40,769 nt of DNA from Vicugna vicugna (taxonomy: Eukaryota), in NCBI GenBank assembly GCA_013265495.1, contig MU057796.1, positions 806,001-846,769 on the forward strand, read 5' to 3'. Under the pieces are notes generated by a model. That model saw only the letters and a list, made by a program, of their open reading frames with translations. It was not told where the DNA came from and did not search any database. Positions 13,046 to 26,689 of the stretch are shown in pieces (the stretch's first letter is position 1; each line of letters opens with the position of its first letter). A program made the position numbers and the translations under genes.

Positions 13046-14054
13046 TAAATTTCCTAAGATATTTTCTGTCCTATCATGTGATCTGTCTTGGAGAGTGTTT
13101 CATGTGCACTTGAGAAGAAATGTGTATCCTGCTGCTGTTACACAGAGTGTTCTGTGTGTGTCTATTTGGTACATGTGTTCTAAAGTGTAATTCACACCCG
13201 CTATTCCTTCTTCATTTTCTGTCTGTGTAATCTTACTGTTTTTGAAAGTGGGGTATTGAAATCCCCTACTTTATTCCACTGCTGTCTGTTCTCCTTTTAG
13301 ATCTGTTATTAATAATCATTTATTTAGGGGCTGCATATATGGTATGTGTATACTTACAATCATTAAATCCTCCTGATATCTTGATCCTTTGATCATTGTA
13401 TAGTGACCTAGTTTGTCTCCTGTTATTTTTTATTAGAAAATACTTTGTGTGACATAAGGATGGCTACCCCAGTTCTCTTGTTCCCTGTTGGTGTGAAATA
13501 CCTTTTTCAATCCCATCACTTTCAGCCTGTCAGTATCCTTTAAGTATGAGCCTTTAGGCAACATATAGTTGGGTTTTGTTTTATTCATTCAGCCACTTTA
13601 TGTCTTTTGATTGAAGGAGTAAAACTATTTACGTTTAGAGTAAACGTTGATAAGTAAGGACTTACTGTTACCGTTTTGTTGATTACTTTCTGATTGTTTA
13701 TATAGTTCTGTAGTTTTTTCTTCCTCTGTTGCTTTCTTTGTGACCTGAATTTTTATAATACTAGGCTTTGATTCTTTTCTCTTTATTGTGTATCTATTAT
13801 AGGTTTTTGCTCTTTGGATATTGTGAAGCTTTCATAATACATCTTAGTCTTATAACCATCCATTTTAAGCTAACAACAACTTAACTTCAGTTACATAAAA
13901 AAGTTCAATGCATTTACCTGCCTTATAGTTTTGATATCCCAATATACATCTCCCTATATTGTGTACCCATTAACATATTATTGTAGATATAGTTATTTTT
14001 AACCTTTTGTCTTTTGCTAGAGTTCAAAGTGATTTACACACCACCACTACAGGA

Positions 14055-14968
14055 TTGTTTTTGTTTTTTTAAGGTGTAACTGATGTTTAACATTATATTA
14101 GTTTCATGTGCACAACATAATGATATTTGTATGTATGGCAGAATGATCACCACAGTAAGCCTAGTTGGCATTAACCACCATACATAGTTACACGTTTTTT
14201 GAGTGTGATGAGAATTTTTAAGATTTATTCTGTTAGTGACTTTCAAATAATCAGTACAGTTTTATTAACTATAATCAACATGCTGTACATTCCATCCCCA
14301 TGACTTATTTTATAATTGAAAGTTTGTACCTCTGACACCTTTTACCCATTTCACCTACCTCCCCACCCCTTACCTCTAGCAACCACCAGTCTGTTCTCTA
14401 TCTATGAGCTCAGTTTTGTTTTGATTCCACATATAAGTGAGATCAGGCGGCATTTGTCTTCCTCTGTCTGATTTACTTCACTTAGAATAATACCGTCAAG
14501 TTCCATCCATGTTGAGGCAAAGAGCAAGATTTCCTTCCCTTTTAATGGCTGAATAATACTCCATTTAGTAATATATACCAAATTTTCTTTATCCATTCAT
14601 CCATTGATGGACATTTAGGTTGTTTCCATATCTTGGCTATTGTAAACAGGGTTGCAGTGAACATGGAGGTGCGTATTCCTTTCCAGGTGTGTGTTTTTGG
14701 GTTTTTTTGTTTGTTGTTTTTTCCCTTCAGATAAATACCCAAAAAGTGAAATTATGGATGATATGGTAGTTCTGTTTCTGATTTTCTGAGGTACCTTCAT
14801 ACTGTTCTCCACAGTGGCTGTACCAATTTACATTCCCACCAGCAGTTCACAAGGGTTTCCTTTTCTCCCCGTCATCGCCAGTACTTGCTATTTCTTATCT
14901 TTCTAATAATAGCCACTGTAATAAGTGTGAGGTGATGCCTTGTTGTGGTTTTGATTTGCATTTCCATT
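14055..14968 (-). mobile_element. Second 5'-truncated LINE-1 (3' UTR plus ORF2 end)
   Basis: T-rich tail at ~14057-14070. ORF fragments MFTATLFTIAKIWKQPKCPSMDEWIKKIWY and FASTWMELDGIILSEVNQTE. Confidence 0.9.
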
Positions 14969-16269
14969 TAGCAGAGGCTGCTGTGGGGACGGGTGCCCTT
15001 TGTCACCCTCTTCAGAATATTTGTAGAAAAACTGACCTGCAAGGAAGCTAAAGAAAAGAGAATTAAAATTCTGGTATCCCTGAGTATTTGTGTATCTGAC
15101 TCACTCTCCCCACCTCACCCTTGCTCCTGCTCCTGGGTTCTACCCATGTGTCTGACAGGTAGACCTGTACCTAAACCTGTTGCCTAGACCCATACATTGT
15201 TAGCACCATGCTTTAGGCATATTATGAATTGAAAGTATTTGCAGGCTAATCACCATTTATTGCATTGCTTCTGTGAGACTGCCTTTTCAAGGTTGTAAAT
15301 AGTCGATTTGTTAATGGTCTTTTGGAACATAAAGCTGATTTATTACTTGAGACCTGTCTTAAAAAAAAATAATGGTATTGTCTGGCCTTTGCATGAAACA
15401 TTATAATTTATAAATCAGTTTACCTCCATGGTCTCATTAAAACCTTACCATAAACCTAGGAGATAGACAAGGAACTACCATCAAGATTTTATTCCTAAGA
15501 AAACCAGTCCTATGACAGTTTAAGTCACTTCTTCAGAGCTACATACCTAGTTGTAAGAACTGAGACCACATTCTAGCTGTTCTTCCAGGAAATCAAGCAA
15601 TCTTTCCCCTTCTCTCTACTACATATGTCTGTTTAGAAGGCTGAAGTGATAAAGAGGTATTTTTTAACCTCTTTGTCTTCTTTGAATTATTTTTAATTTA
15701 TTAGAATAAGTATATGATATTGACTATCATTCTCATTGAGCAATTGGAGTAATCTCCATTTTAGAGTCTTTAGGATCTTGGGAGCTCAATAATTATTTTG
15801 ATGCCAAGTACACATATAAAACAAGTTCAAAATACATTTTTAGCTGTTAGTTTCTCTTTTGTAATACTTCTAAAATCTTCATTTCAGCAGGACCTGGACA
15901 TACCACCTCTAATTACTTGGTTCACTTTAATAAGTAATTCCAAATTCAGAAATGAAAATAAACCCTAGTATGTGTGCTTATATCCTAAAGAGAATCAGAT
16001 GTTGGAGCCATATAAAGTGTTACATATGGTCTTTAGAAAGTCCATGTTTTGTTTCCTGGGGACTTGGTGTGGGGGTTGGGAGTTGTTTTTGTGTGTGTGT
16101 GTTTTGTTTCATTTTGTCTTTTACATTTTTTTGTTGAGGGGGTGGGGATTGTTTGGGTCTTTGGTTTGTATTCAGTTACATGTTGTACAGGAATTTTTAA
16201 AAATAACCATAAAAGAGTAGGGATGGAGATCAAGTGATCAATGTGATCAAAGATACTGGACAAGAGAGG

Positions 16270-16445
16270 AGTTTTGGAGTACCTCCAGGTGTCAGCATTC
16301 CAGTGGATATCAGAGAACCCGGATTTAAATCCCACCTCTGTTACTCATTAGCTTTGTGATGTTGGGCAAGTTGCTAATCTCAGTTTTCTCAGCTGTAAAA
16401 TGGACTTTATATCTACTTTACATCATTATTCAAGTACTCAATAAA
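16270..16445 (+). mobile_element. MIR SINE relic
   Basis: ggatttaaatcccacctctgttactcattagctttgtgatgttgggcaagttgctaatctcagttttctcagctgtaaaatgg. Confidence 0.75.
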
Positions 16446-17154
16446 TTGACTATATTGTTTTGTTTTAAAAAGAAGAAAAATCCAAAACTGTGGAGCATAG
16501 AGCTTATTCAGGAATCTCCAAAGAACTGAATTCTATATAGATGGTAATTGAATTTTTTTGCATTACATATAATGGGGTTTGTTTTGTTTTCTTCCTTCTT
16601 ATTCTCTTTCTTCACCCCACCCTGTGTAGAATTCATCAACCATTTGGGCAAGGGATATATAATCTTTGATTTAAAAAGAGCCCTTTTTTTTTGTTTTTTT
16701 GTCTTGTTTTGTTTTGTTTTGAGGTTGCTACAATATATTGACAGCGTATTTTGTCTGAATGATTTCAGTGTGGTACTTTTTTTTAATCTTTAAGAATAAT
16801 TTTACTTGTAGATTAGTATACACCAATCCTTAGACATGATCTAGAAATTGCCTTTTGTTTGTCATTTAAAATGACATTTTCTTCTCTCTACCCTTGCTTC
16901 CTCCCTTCTGTCACTGCCATCCACCTTGCTCTACCATTGTTAACATTGTGTCTTTCATGCTGCCCCAGCCATTGTTTTTCAACATTCTGCATGGTGTTTT
17001 GTTTGGTTTGCAACTTTTCCATCACATAATTAAAGTGGTTCTGTAGGACAGGCCATACATTAACTGCTCATTTCTCTCTGAACTTCCTATGTACAGTTCA
17101 CAAAGCTGGTTTTGGTTGAACCCTGGGGCCTGAATGAGCAGTTTGTGTACCTTG

Positions 17155-17290
17155 AAATTAGCATTCACTTGTATCATTAAGTGTAGCGAATGTTACTGAG
17201 TGGCTACTTGTGTGAAGCATTGTGCTGGGCCCCAGGGTTATGGAATCCCCTGCCATCCAGGAGCCCCCATCTGCAGGGAGCCAGATGGCA
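17155..17290 (-). mobile_element. L2 3'-end relic
   Basis: cattcact...ttactgagtggctacttgtgtgaagcattgtgctgggccccaggg...cctgccatccaggagc. Confidence 0.55.
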
Positions 17291-19900
17291 AACTGGCAGA
17301 GACTGAGGACAGTGCAACTACAAAAATGCCTTAATTGCCAATGAGCAGAAGTCACATTTTTCATTAAGAGTTACATTAAATTGTACGTATATGTTATTAA
17401 AGCACTAATAATAATTAGTTAGGTACAGCATGACACAGCATTTAGTAAAAATAATTTAACTCTTACTTGACTAAAACCAACAGCATTAAATTCTCCTTAA
17501 CTAGATCTCATTTTTCTCTTCTATTCCTAAGAAACATGACTCCTCACCTACAGGGGTTTGTAAACGTTATGGTCTCCATCTCCTCACAAACTTTAAAAAA
17601 TAATAATAATTAAAACAACCAACCAAAAACCTCCTTTTAAATTTTTAAACGAACAGCTTCTTTCCTCCTTTTCAAATGTCTTAAAACATAGTTTAACTGA
17701 ATTTGAACATGTACACAGTAGGTGCTTACACCATCATAACTGCCTCTTTTCCTCCCCACTTCATTTTCCCTGTTCTTCTGAGTTTAAGCTCGTAGAGGCT
17801 GTTTTATATCCATATGGTTAAATTACCAGTGCATCTTAGTGCTGCTTTTTCTTTCAGTGCTTCTCAGGTCTACTTGAGCAGTGCACAAACTGTAAGCTCA
17901 GATTTCTTCTCCTGTTGGTATTAAGGTCTCCTTATCATTGTGTCTCTGTTTCCATTTTCTCTAAGGAACCAATTGAGTTTCATCTGCTTAGACTTAAGAT
18001 TTCTGTTCTTTTTTAAAGAATTTGTCTTGATAGGTATGATTATTGAAGAATAAAGTAACTTCAAAATAAATATTTTAAAAAGATGAGCGATTCCAAATCT
18101 CCTCTTCTAATCTTGGGTGTATTAAAAAGTCTTTGAGGTATTGAAAAAATTTTTTATGCTGCAATCTCCAATTATAAAATACTGTCTACAAAAAGCAGAG
18201 TCATTGGCTTGGTGTCATCATTGTTGTACTCCAGAATGTCTCTGTTTACAAGTTATAAGTCTCATCGGTCCCTTAAAAATGTGTTGGGATGTTTAAGCTT
18301 GAGGTTAATCATGTTTAAGGAGGTCATTTTGTTGTTTTCCTAGTTGTTTGTGTCTTTGTACAGCCAGTTAGCTCTTTCTGAGGATGGGAGCTGGGTCTTG
18401 GGTTACAGTAAGAAGAGACAGGGCTGCCTGCCATTCAGTGCTCCTGAAGAGTGTTGTAATACACACTGCTTCTGTCAAGTGGACACACATGATAGCCTGT
18501 AAATACAGAAACTCTCCAGATAACTGTTCCTGTCTGCTAGTGACGGATAAAGCCTGTTTTACATTTGAAGATGCTACGCTTTTAGCTGTGACCTGACTCT
18601 AGGCAAAATGAGTAATTTTTTCCTACCTTTCAAACTCATTAGAGTTAGGCTTACAAAGGTTGAATATTTTCACAGGTACCTTCAAACAAGTTCTTCATTC
18701 TCTATATCTTCAAGTATTGGTAAATTGACAATTTATTCTAAACCTTCACTTTATAAAATTATATTTAGGCTGATTTTTAGTTAGCCTTTTAGTCAAAGCT
18801 AGTCTGTCTTCACATGGTAAGCAAGTGCTTGTGAGGTTTAAGAAAAGACTTTTTAAAAATCGTATCTTCTTTATTTCCTCTCTGGTAGAGACAGAGTATA
18901 TACTGTGTGTGAAAAGAGCAACTACACTTTACACTGTAGTCTGATGATAAAAGCAAGACTTTTGGACATCTTGTTCTCCAGGACAAGATTTTTTTTTTTT
19001 AATCCTAATCCTTGAAAAGGATATTGTGTTGGAAGTTCATTTAAAGCTGAGACAGTCTTCAGGAATGAATTAATGGTAGAGGAACACAGGCATTGTACAT
19101 GTAAGGAAATATACAACTTGCTTGTTTAAAAGTACTGTGAGTTCCAGCTGCCCTACAAGCTTTTTTTGTGTGTCATGTTCTATTGCATCATTTGAGTTGG
19201 AGCCATTTAGCAATGCTGTTTTTTTGAGCCCAAGAAAAAGAATATTTTCCATAAACTAGTCTTTCATCAGCATTTGATTCTACTCTTGTATTCCAACTTT
19301 GAATCTTCTTCCCCTGTTAAATCTGTGGCTTTTACTTAAATTAAGTCTGTTGATTTTAAGTCAAGGGATATCTTTTCTTGATCTTACATTGTTGGAGAGC
19401 TAAATAACAGGGGGTCATGAACATTCTTGCAGAAAGTTAAATAACTTTGTAACAAAAGGAATGTGTTGGTAAAGGATTATTTTAATTGGATTTCTTAAAG
19501 GGAATTTAAAGGTTTGCATTGTTTACTGAAAAAATATACCTATTTGATAAATAATTGTTATAAATATAAGTAGAAAGAAACCTTTATCATTTAAACTTGT
19601 AAGCCTTGTTTAAGAAGGAATTTGTCTTTAAGGTTTTCTTGGAGTTCTCAGGTAGAAGTCATATGGTTAATTTTTGTATTAGAAACTAACCTTTGAAAAT
19701 AAGTCTTTGCCTGTGTGCCCAAGAAAGCTCATAGAAAAGAGTGCCTAATAATAATAAACATTGTGCCCAAAATAAACGTTAAATGCTGTTCCTTAACTCT
19801 GTGTCCCTCTTAAGTGAGTTTTCACTGAAGTCTAATCAGCAATAATAGCATTTCTTAAAGTAAACTTAATCCAGATTGTTATCTCTTTTTTTTTTCCCAG

Positions 19901-19973
19901 ATAATGGATTTATACCTGATTCACTTCTAGAAGATGTGATGAAAGCGTTGGACCTTGTTTCAGATCCTGAATA
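19901..19973 (+). CDS. MINDY3: MINDY3 coding exon (73 nt): (D)NGFIPDSLLEDVMKALDLVSDPE(Y)
   Basis: T-rich tract ending cccag, donor TA|gtaagc. In frame with both neighbouring exons. EF-hand-like segment. Confidence 0.96.
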
Positions 19974-21448
19974 GTAAGCTACCTAGGAATTGTTAGTTAA
20001 CCGACTGATTCTGTTGAATGTGTGACATTATCTGCACATTACCGCCTCTTTTTTTAAAATCTAAACTGTATAAATGAAGCGTAGCACTTCATATGAAGCA
20101 AAGATTTCGGAAGCAAGCAATCAGACTAATCAATATTGTAGTACAGACTTGACCTACTTAAAATGAGCTTCCTTTCCCACTCTGCACTGAAGTCCTGCTT
20201 TAAAAAAGGGTGCTAAGAATGTAAGTGCCTTTTTCTATATTAAATGTTTTTTCTCACTGTGAAACCTGTATTTTGAAATTCTGTGCATGTCTGTATAGTA
20301 CCTTTAGTGAAAGTAGTGACAGTTTTGCAGAATGTCTCTACCATTAGGCTTCCTGCTTAAGTAACCAGCAGGCCTCTGACTTTCAGTCTTAAGTAAAAAC
20401 ATTGAATATTTTAAATACCCGAATCCGTTGGCCCCACTATATTTCAGAATATAGTTTTCAGTTTTGCCTAACATTAATATCCTGTCATTGTCTCTATTCT
20501 GTTATATTCTGTACATTATTACATCTACAACTTCTTCCATAAATTTGGGATCTTCATTATCCATGGGAAAATATCTCTCGGGTTAAGTGGATACGTCATA
20601 TTAATACATATGAAAATTAAAAATCACCTATGAGCTACACTAACTTTTCCTTTTTCTGCCTGGTTTAATTATTTTTTTTTCTTCTGAAAGTGTATCTCAC
20701 AATAAACAAACGTTAGCTTACAAACATTTAAGAAAAGGATTCAGCAGAAGCAACATAAAACACATTGGTATGCATAGTTCTTAAAATTTGATGCTATCCT
20801 GTTTTTAAATAGTTTGTATTTTCTTTGAAAGTATAAAATACATATAAACATTTGCAAACTAATTGAATTAATGTGCCTCGCTCTCACTACACGGTGCTGT
20901 GATGTTATTCTTTCTTAGTAGACATAGTTGTTGATTCCAACTTAAAGAGGAGAAATTCAGAGACAGTTGAACTGTTCCAATAAATGGTGTAACTGTAACT
21001 ACCATATTTCCTCTCAGCTGATTTCCAAGTGGAGACCATCTTGTTTACCTTTGATAAACAGAGTTGAACTTAGGTAATTTTGATTACTAATAATTCTTAA
21101 GATAGGAAGGAGGAAAAAGGAAAAGTTAGGTTTATTTGGTTTTTTCCCCAGATTCTTAGATGGTTATACATCATCTACTTAATTGTCCTTGTTCCATCAG
21201 AATTCATAACATACCTTGAATTACAATTACAACTGAGCTAGTAAATTGTTTTTCTAGAAGTAGCTGAAAGATTGGACTGAGTTATTCATGTGGTCGTTTG
21301 ATCTAATCACATGTATAACAACCAGGCCATAGTAAGGATAAATAAATATATTAAATATAATAATATAATCTTGCTTTCATTTGTTTCATGCCGTAACCTC
21401 CTGTCATTACTCAGACCCATTAAAATGTCATATCCTCTGCATGTTGTG

Positions 21449-21765
21449 CAGTTGACCCTTGAACAGCTCAAGGGCTGGGTCACCGACCTCTGTGCAGACC
21501 AAGATCTGCATATAACTTTTGACTCCCCAAAACTTAACTACTAGTAGCCTATTGTTGACCAGAAGCCTACCGATTAATACATATTTTGTATGTTATATAC
21601 ATTATATATTCTGTTCTTAAAGTAAGATAAAGAAAACAAAATGTTGCTAGAAAAATCATAAGAGAAAATATATTTATGGTACATACATGTATTTGTTGGG
21701 AAAAAAAAATCCATGTATAGGTGGACACTGCGGTTCAGACAGCCCCATTCTTCAAGGGTCAACTG
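21449..21765. mobile_element. Tigger2-derived MITE (Tigger2a/MER28-like)
   Basis: Perfect 15-bp terminal inverted repeats CAGTTGACCCTTGAA (21449-21463) and TTCAAGGGTCAACTG (21751-21765). Internal tataacttttgactccccaaaacttaactact. Confidence 0.85.
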
Positions 21766-22569
21766 TCTAATAAGGTCTATTTAACCTGACATTTATACTT
21801 TGGGAGATAACACAGAGAATCAGAATTTTCTGAAAAGACCATTTTTATTTTTGAAACTCTTCCAACCGCAGCCCACTTTCTGCCTTCTCTAAGTCACACG
21901 TAACACCTTTCAGCAGCCTTGGCTACGCCTCATGCACGGCAAGGGCTGTGCAAAGCACAGCTCACTTCAGCCTGCACCCGAGACAAGACAGTCCACACCA
22001 CTTACTGAAATTCACTGTACTTTAGCTCTTTTACAATATCTTACCTCTTCAGTTTGCACTAAGAATTTTAAGCCTCCACCCCATTTGGTTCTTGAAAGCT
22101 AGCTTTTTAGGAGATGTTTTTGATTATCTGGTGTACCACTGCCCTTGACACTGCTTTTCTCCTTGGACTTAAAGTAAACTTTCTTTTTTTTTAAGTTAAA
22201 TGCCTCATTTGATAGTCAAATTCAGGCATACTATGAAGCAAAGAAAACTTGCCTTTGGGAGTTTATAAGCCTGCGTTTGTAAGCCTGGGTTTTTAAGTTA
22301 CTTTACCTAATAAGGAACAATATTCCAAAGTTGTCATCATAATTTAAATTCTAAATAGTAACACATTACTCTGGTTTAAAAATAACCAAGTTTTGGCAAA
22401 TTAGATGTCATTCCTGTGTATTTGTCATTAAGGGTCTAAAAAGAACAGCTCTTAGGATATTTTGCAGTCAAATGTGGTGCGGTACTAGTGATTTAATCAT
22501 GAAAGGACAAAAGTAAGCTGCTTTTTTTTTCCCTTTGGTATCTACCGTTTCTTTTTTCTACCCCTCTAG

Positions 22570-22657
22570 CATAAATCTCATGAAGAATAAATTAGATCCA
22601 GAAGGATTAGGAATCATATTATTGGGTCCATTTCTTCAAGAATTTTTTCCTGATCAG
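22570..22657 (+). CDS. MINDY3: MINDY3 coding exon (88 nt): (Y)INLMKNKLDPEGLGIILLGPFLQEFFPDQ
   Basis: Acceptor ttttttctacccctctag, donor CAG|gtaata. Frame continuous. Confidence 0.96.
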
Positions 22658-24186
22658 GTAATATAGCTGAATAAATATATTTATTGTTTTGTTCTGTTGA
22701 GATGATCGTATTATAATTGTTTCAGCATTTTTTTCTACTAGTGTTTTAAAATGTTCAACCATGCAGATACAAGAATAAGAAAGCACTATTATTATGTAAA
22801 TACTTTCCTGGGCAGAGAGGATGCAGGGTATGTGTGTTCCAATACAGTAATGCAAAACTTTGGGGGACTGGGGTGGTGGAAGAAAATAAACACACCATTA
22901 TAGATACATTGATACTGTTTTTCTGAAAGAAGGATAAATTTCAGAAGTATGTGGAGTAGAAGGAGAAGGATTCCCTTTATCCACTCCCACCCGTTTTCCT
23001 TCTCTTGCATGACTGCCATGAATAGGTTGGTGTGTATCTTTAGAAATTTCTAAACACAAGGCAAGAAGGTAAAGGAGCCTGTGAGTAATGTGAACTCCTG
23101 TGAGAGCTCCTAAGTGCCAGGAGAACTCTACTTGAGTAAAAGGGAAACCTTCGGGTGGAGCTGTGCTGTTTCATGTTGGGGCGTGTCTGCCACTGGCTGT
23201 GACAGGAGCTCAGTGAAAAGAATCTTTGCCGGTCGGTGTCTGTACTCTTGAGTTATGTCTGCGTCACTGACAAGCTAATTCTGCAGCCTCCATCGGTCAT
23301 TTCTTCCCATCTAAGTGAAGGGTTTTACCACTCAGCCAAATCATTTAGCCAGTTATATTGTGACCATTTCATCAGATACCAACATGGTTTAAAAGTTCGT
23401 TGTTTTAATAGAAATGCCAGTTTATATTCTACCGTTTATAAAAGTAGAAAAAGTGTAACAAAATGATGGAGGGACCATATTAAGATAAAATATTAAATTA
23501 CAAGATATAATTACCAGTTTAAATCGGAGACATTCAATCTTGGTAATTAAAAAAGAAAAAGAAATCCTTGTTTTCTAAACCTGTGTCTATCTGTTGTGGT
23601 TATTGTGAGTAAAGACAGTGAGGAAAATTCAAAAAGTAAGGAGAGCACAATATAGCTGTTAACTGTCTTCAATTTTTATTAAATGCTTCAGGAAAAAGCT
23701 TTTCTTTCTCCTCACATTGTTAGGAAGACTCCATTGGATTGTAAGGCCCTCATACTCCAACTACTAGGGTTTTTGGAAAGTTCTTTTTGGAATCTAGTAC
23801 TGTGTTTTAGATATCTTAGTACATGTAATTAATTTAGTGATGTAAGCTTTTGGGGGCTATTTTGAAAAGTTCTTGGGAAACGTAAACAAAGTGAGATAAT
23901 TACCAACTCTTTTGGAAATACATATCTGTATCTATATCTTACATTTAGTTAATTATATGATGTTGCTTATAATTATTCTATGAACTTATTAGCCAAGAAA
24001 TTAATTTTTTCATTGTAATATTCCTTGAGGTAATTAAAGGGAATTCTAATCCCCTTCACAGATAACAGACTCTTCTTAGTTGGTTATTCTGTTTATTCTC
24101 TCCAAGTTCATCTCTTACTGTTTGTTTTTTTCCTCCCATTCTTCTAAACAGACTCTGCATCTGAGCTTGCTCTTGGTTCCCTTTAG

Positions 24187-24342
24187 AGCAGTGGGTTCTC
24201 CAAATGTGGTCTCCAAGAACTTATTAGAAATGCAAATTCTCAGGTGCCTCCCCAGCCCTAGTTCATAGGGAGTAGAGCCCACAGTCTGTACATACCAGCC
24301 CCCCAGGGGCATCGGATGGTACCAAAGTTTGAGGCCCGCTGC
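24187..24342. mobile_element. hAT-Charlie MITE, MER5A-like
   Basis: cagtgggttctccaaatgtggtc...ttagaaatgcaaattctcagg...aaagtttgaggcccgctgc. Confidence 0.8.
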
Positions 24343-24764
24343 TTCAGAGGAAGACCTGTCACATTCCCATCTGTTCATGTCCAGTGCGAGCTCAGAGCTC
24401 CCTGTGTCACAGATCTTTTCCAATCACAGCCCACAGCACCAATGTCCTCTTTCTCCATAGTCGAACGTGAACTGACTTTATGACTCGTTTTGGCCATTGT
24501 TCATGTACTGTTGTGTACCTGACAGGTCAGTATAGTGGCAGTAAACGTTTAATCAGCCAGTAATCAATGAGGTAAAGTTGCAAAAATGCGGTCAGGACAG
24601 CCAGGAAAGTATTTACCTACTTTAGTAATCTTTACAAACGCTTAATGTAGGTGCTATGCGGCAGCATTTCTTTGCCATGAGGTAGATGCAGATTCGGGGG
24701 GAAACAGAAGTGGGAATACTGATAAAGTATTTCAAGGCAATTTGCTTATAATAAGAATAGCAGG

Positions 24765-24955
24765 AGCAGCTACCATTTATTAAGCATGTTCAGTGCACCA
24801 GGCACTACGGGCCTTACCAGTTAGGTATTATTTTTCCCCCATTTTGCCGATGAGGAAACCGGGGATTAGAGAATTTAGGACGACAGTCATTCAGCTAGCA
24901 CATGGCTGAACCAGGATCCAGTGTAGGTTACCTAACCACCACGTTACACTGCCTT
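24765..24955 (-). mobile_element. MIR SINE relic
   Basis: taccatttattaagc...ccaggcact...cccattttgccgatgaggaaaccggg. Confidence 0.7.
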
Positions 24956-26689
24956 TGGTTGATATTTATTTTGTACCAGCTGTTAGTGACTAGTACTGGA
25001 GATATAAATTGATTACAGTAAAATATTTATTTTGTAAGTTAAAGTACATTAACCCTGAAAATCAATAGCCAGAGTATTTATCTCAGTTACTAATTGCACT
25101 GACTTCTGTATACAATTAAAGTGACTTGATTTTTCTGTTCTTTTGTGAAGCGTTTTGGGTGGGATACAAAAAATTGTAAGAGAGCTTAGATTTTAGCTGG
25201 GAATACAAGTCATGAGAAGTTAAAAACAGTTAAAGATGTTAAACAGTCTTTCAGAATAACAACTGAAGAGATAATACAAAGTAGTATATGATTCACAAAT
25301 TAATTATTGAGACGTAGTTACAAAGTTTCCAAAGTAATAAAGAACCCAACTAGTGTGTTTAAGAACTTTACAAAGTAAGATTTGAACCAGAGCTCGAAAA
25401 AGGAGTTTTAAAAAATCACAAACGTGCAAAGAGCCAACAGCAAAAGGTCTTTTCATGAAGAGATGAGTAATACACTTGTATCTATCAGAGACTTCAGACG
25501 GTTAAGCGGTTAGAGCTAAGACTGGAAAGGTGTGTTAGGTCTTGTGTTTTAGGATTCTTGGCTGCAAATCCCAGCCTGAACTGACTTCCTTGAGAGGGAA
25601 AAGATGGGAATTGGAAGGAGTAAGCTCAGAGCAGCTGAAGGGTGAAGTGCGGCTCCCTGAAGGTGGCACTGGGAGCCTCCGGGACGGGGGCTGTCTCTCC
25701 ACCTGCGCCCTCACCCAATCCCTTCTCTCTATAAATTAGCTACTTCTCTCGGCCCCTCTTACTCTGGGAAGCTGATGCCACAGTTGCCAGCAGCTCTTTT
25801 CTCTTAGTTCCAGTTGGAAAAAATTCCAGATGGGGATGCTGGCCCAACTTTTGTCATAATCGAGTATGACCAGGAAGACCCTTCAGGGGGATGGGCACAT
25901 GGAGACTCAGCCACAGGGCCTGAGGGGAGTCGCTGGCGGCCAGGCACCTGCAGTGGGGGACCTGACTGCTAATGGCCTTGAATACAAGTTCACGAGAGGT
26001 GAATGTGAACTTTAGCTAACTGAGAACCAAAGTTAGAACAGTGGGACTGACATGACCAGTTTCTCTGGAAGTTAGTATAATAGTGATTTATTCCATTTCC
26101 TTCCTCTCTTGAAAGTTACTTAATTCTCTAAGCACTAAAAGCACAGGTGTCTGTTCCAGTGCTCTTTTCACTGTTAAAGTTGACAAGATTTGAAAGATAT
26201 TTTGGGGGATGGAAACCCCTAATTCTGTAGTGTGGACCAAAGTGGAAGTATTTGTGCATGTATGTTTGTAATCTGAGTGACGGTGGCATTACTGCTCTTC
26301 TGTATTTATTGAGGGGAACACGTTATTTACAACAGAAAAAATGCAGAGATACATTATAGGGAATATTTCTGTATTTTAGAATCTTGTCCTTTTTAAAAAA
26401 AATTACATTAATGGATGCACATATTTAGAAATGTAAATTCTACTTTAGAAGAGCTTATAATTAAAAAAAAAAATCACCACTTCCCCAGTTTCTGCTCTCA
26501 TTTCCAGAAACAACTATTTCAGCTTTCAGGTTTTATGGTAGTTAACCAAATAAGTGTAAGTTTCTTGCTCCATCAAATGATTCCTTTAAGGATACGGATT
26601 TAAGAAACTTCCATTTTATTTTCAGTCACTAATTAGAAATTGCCTGATATAAAGATTTAAAAATTTTAATTGTACTTTATTTATAATAG

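Larger units (their letters stand above)
10290..14050 (-). mobile_element. Degenerate LINE-1 (L1MA/MB-like): 3' UTR, ORF2 with an internal deletion near 12385, running into the inter-ORF region
   Basis: ORF fragments read as L1 ORF2, for example [55 protein letters not shown] and LNNKLLNNQWVKE..KKYLETNKNEST.Y. Many stops and frameshifts. Confidence 0.9.

Noticed and set aside
10403..14812. ORFs resembling reverse transcriptase or membrane proteins (e.g. 11522-12028)
   Set aside because: Fragments or antisense readings of decayed L1 ORF2 and 3' UTR.
16548..16793. 81-aa hydrophobic ORF
   Set aside because: Phe-rich translation of T-rich tracts with a TTG start. Only the 18-nt core has splice-site support.
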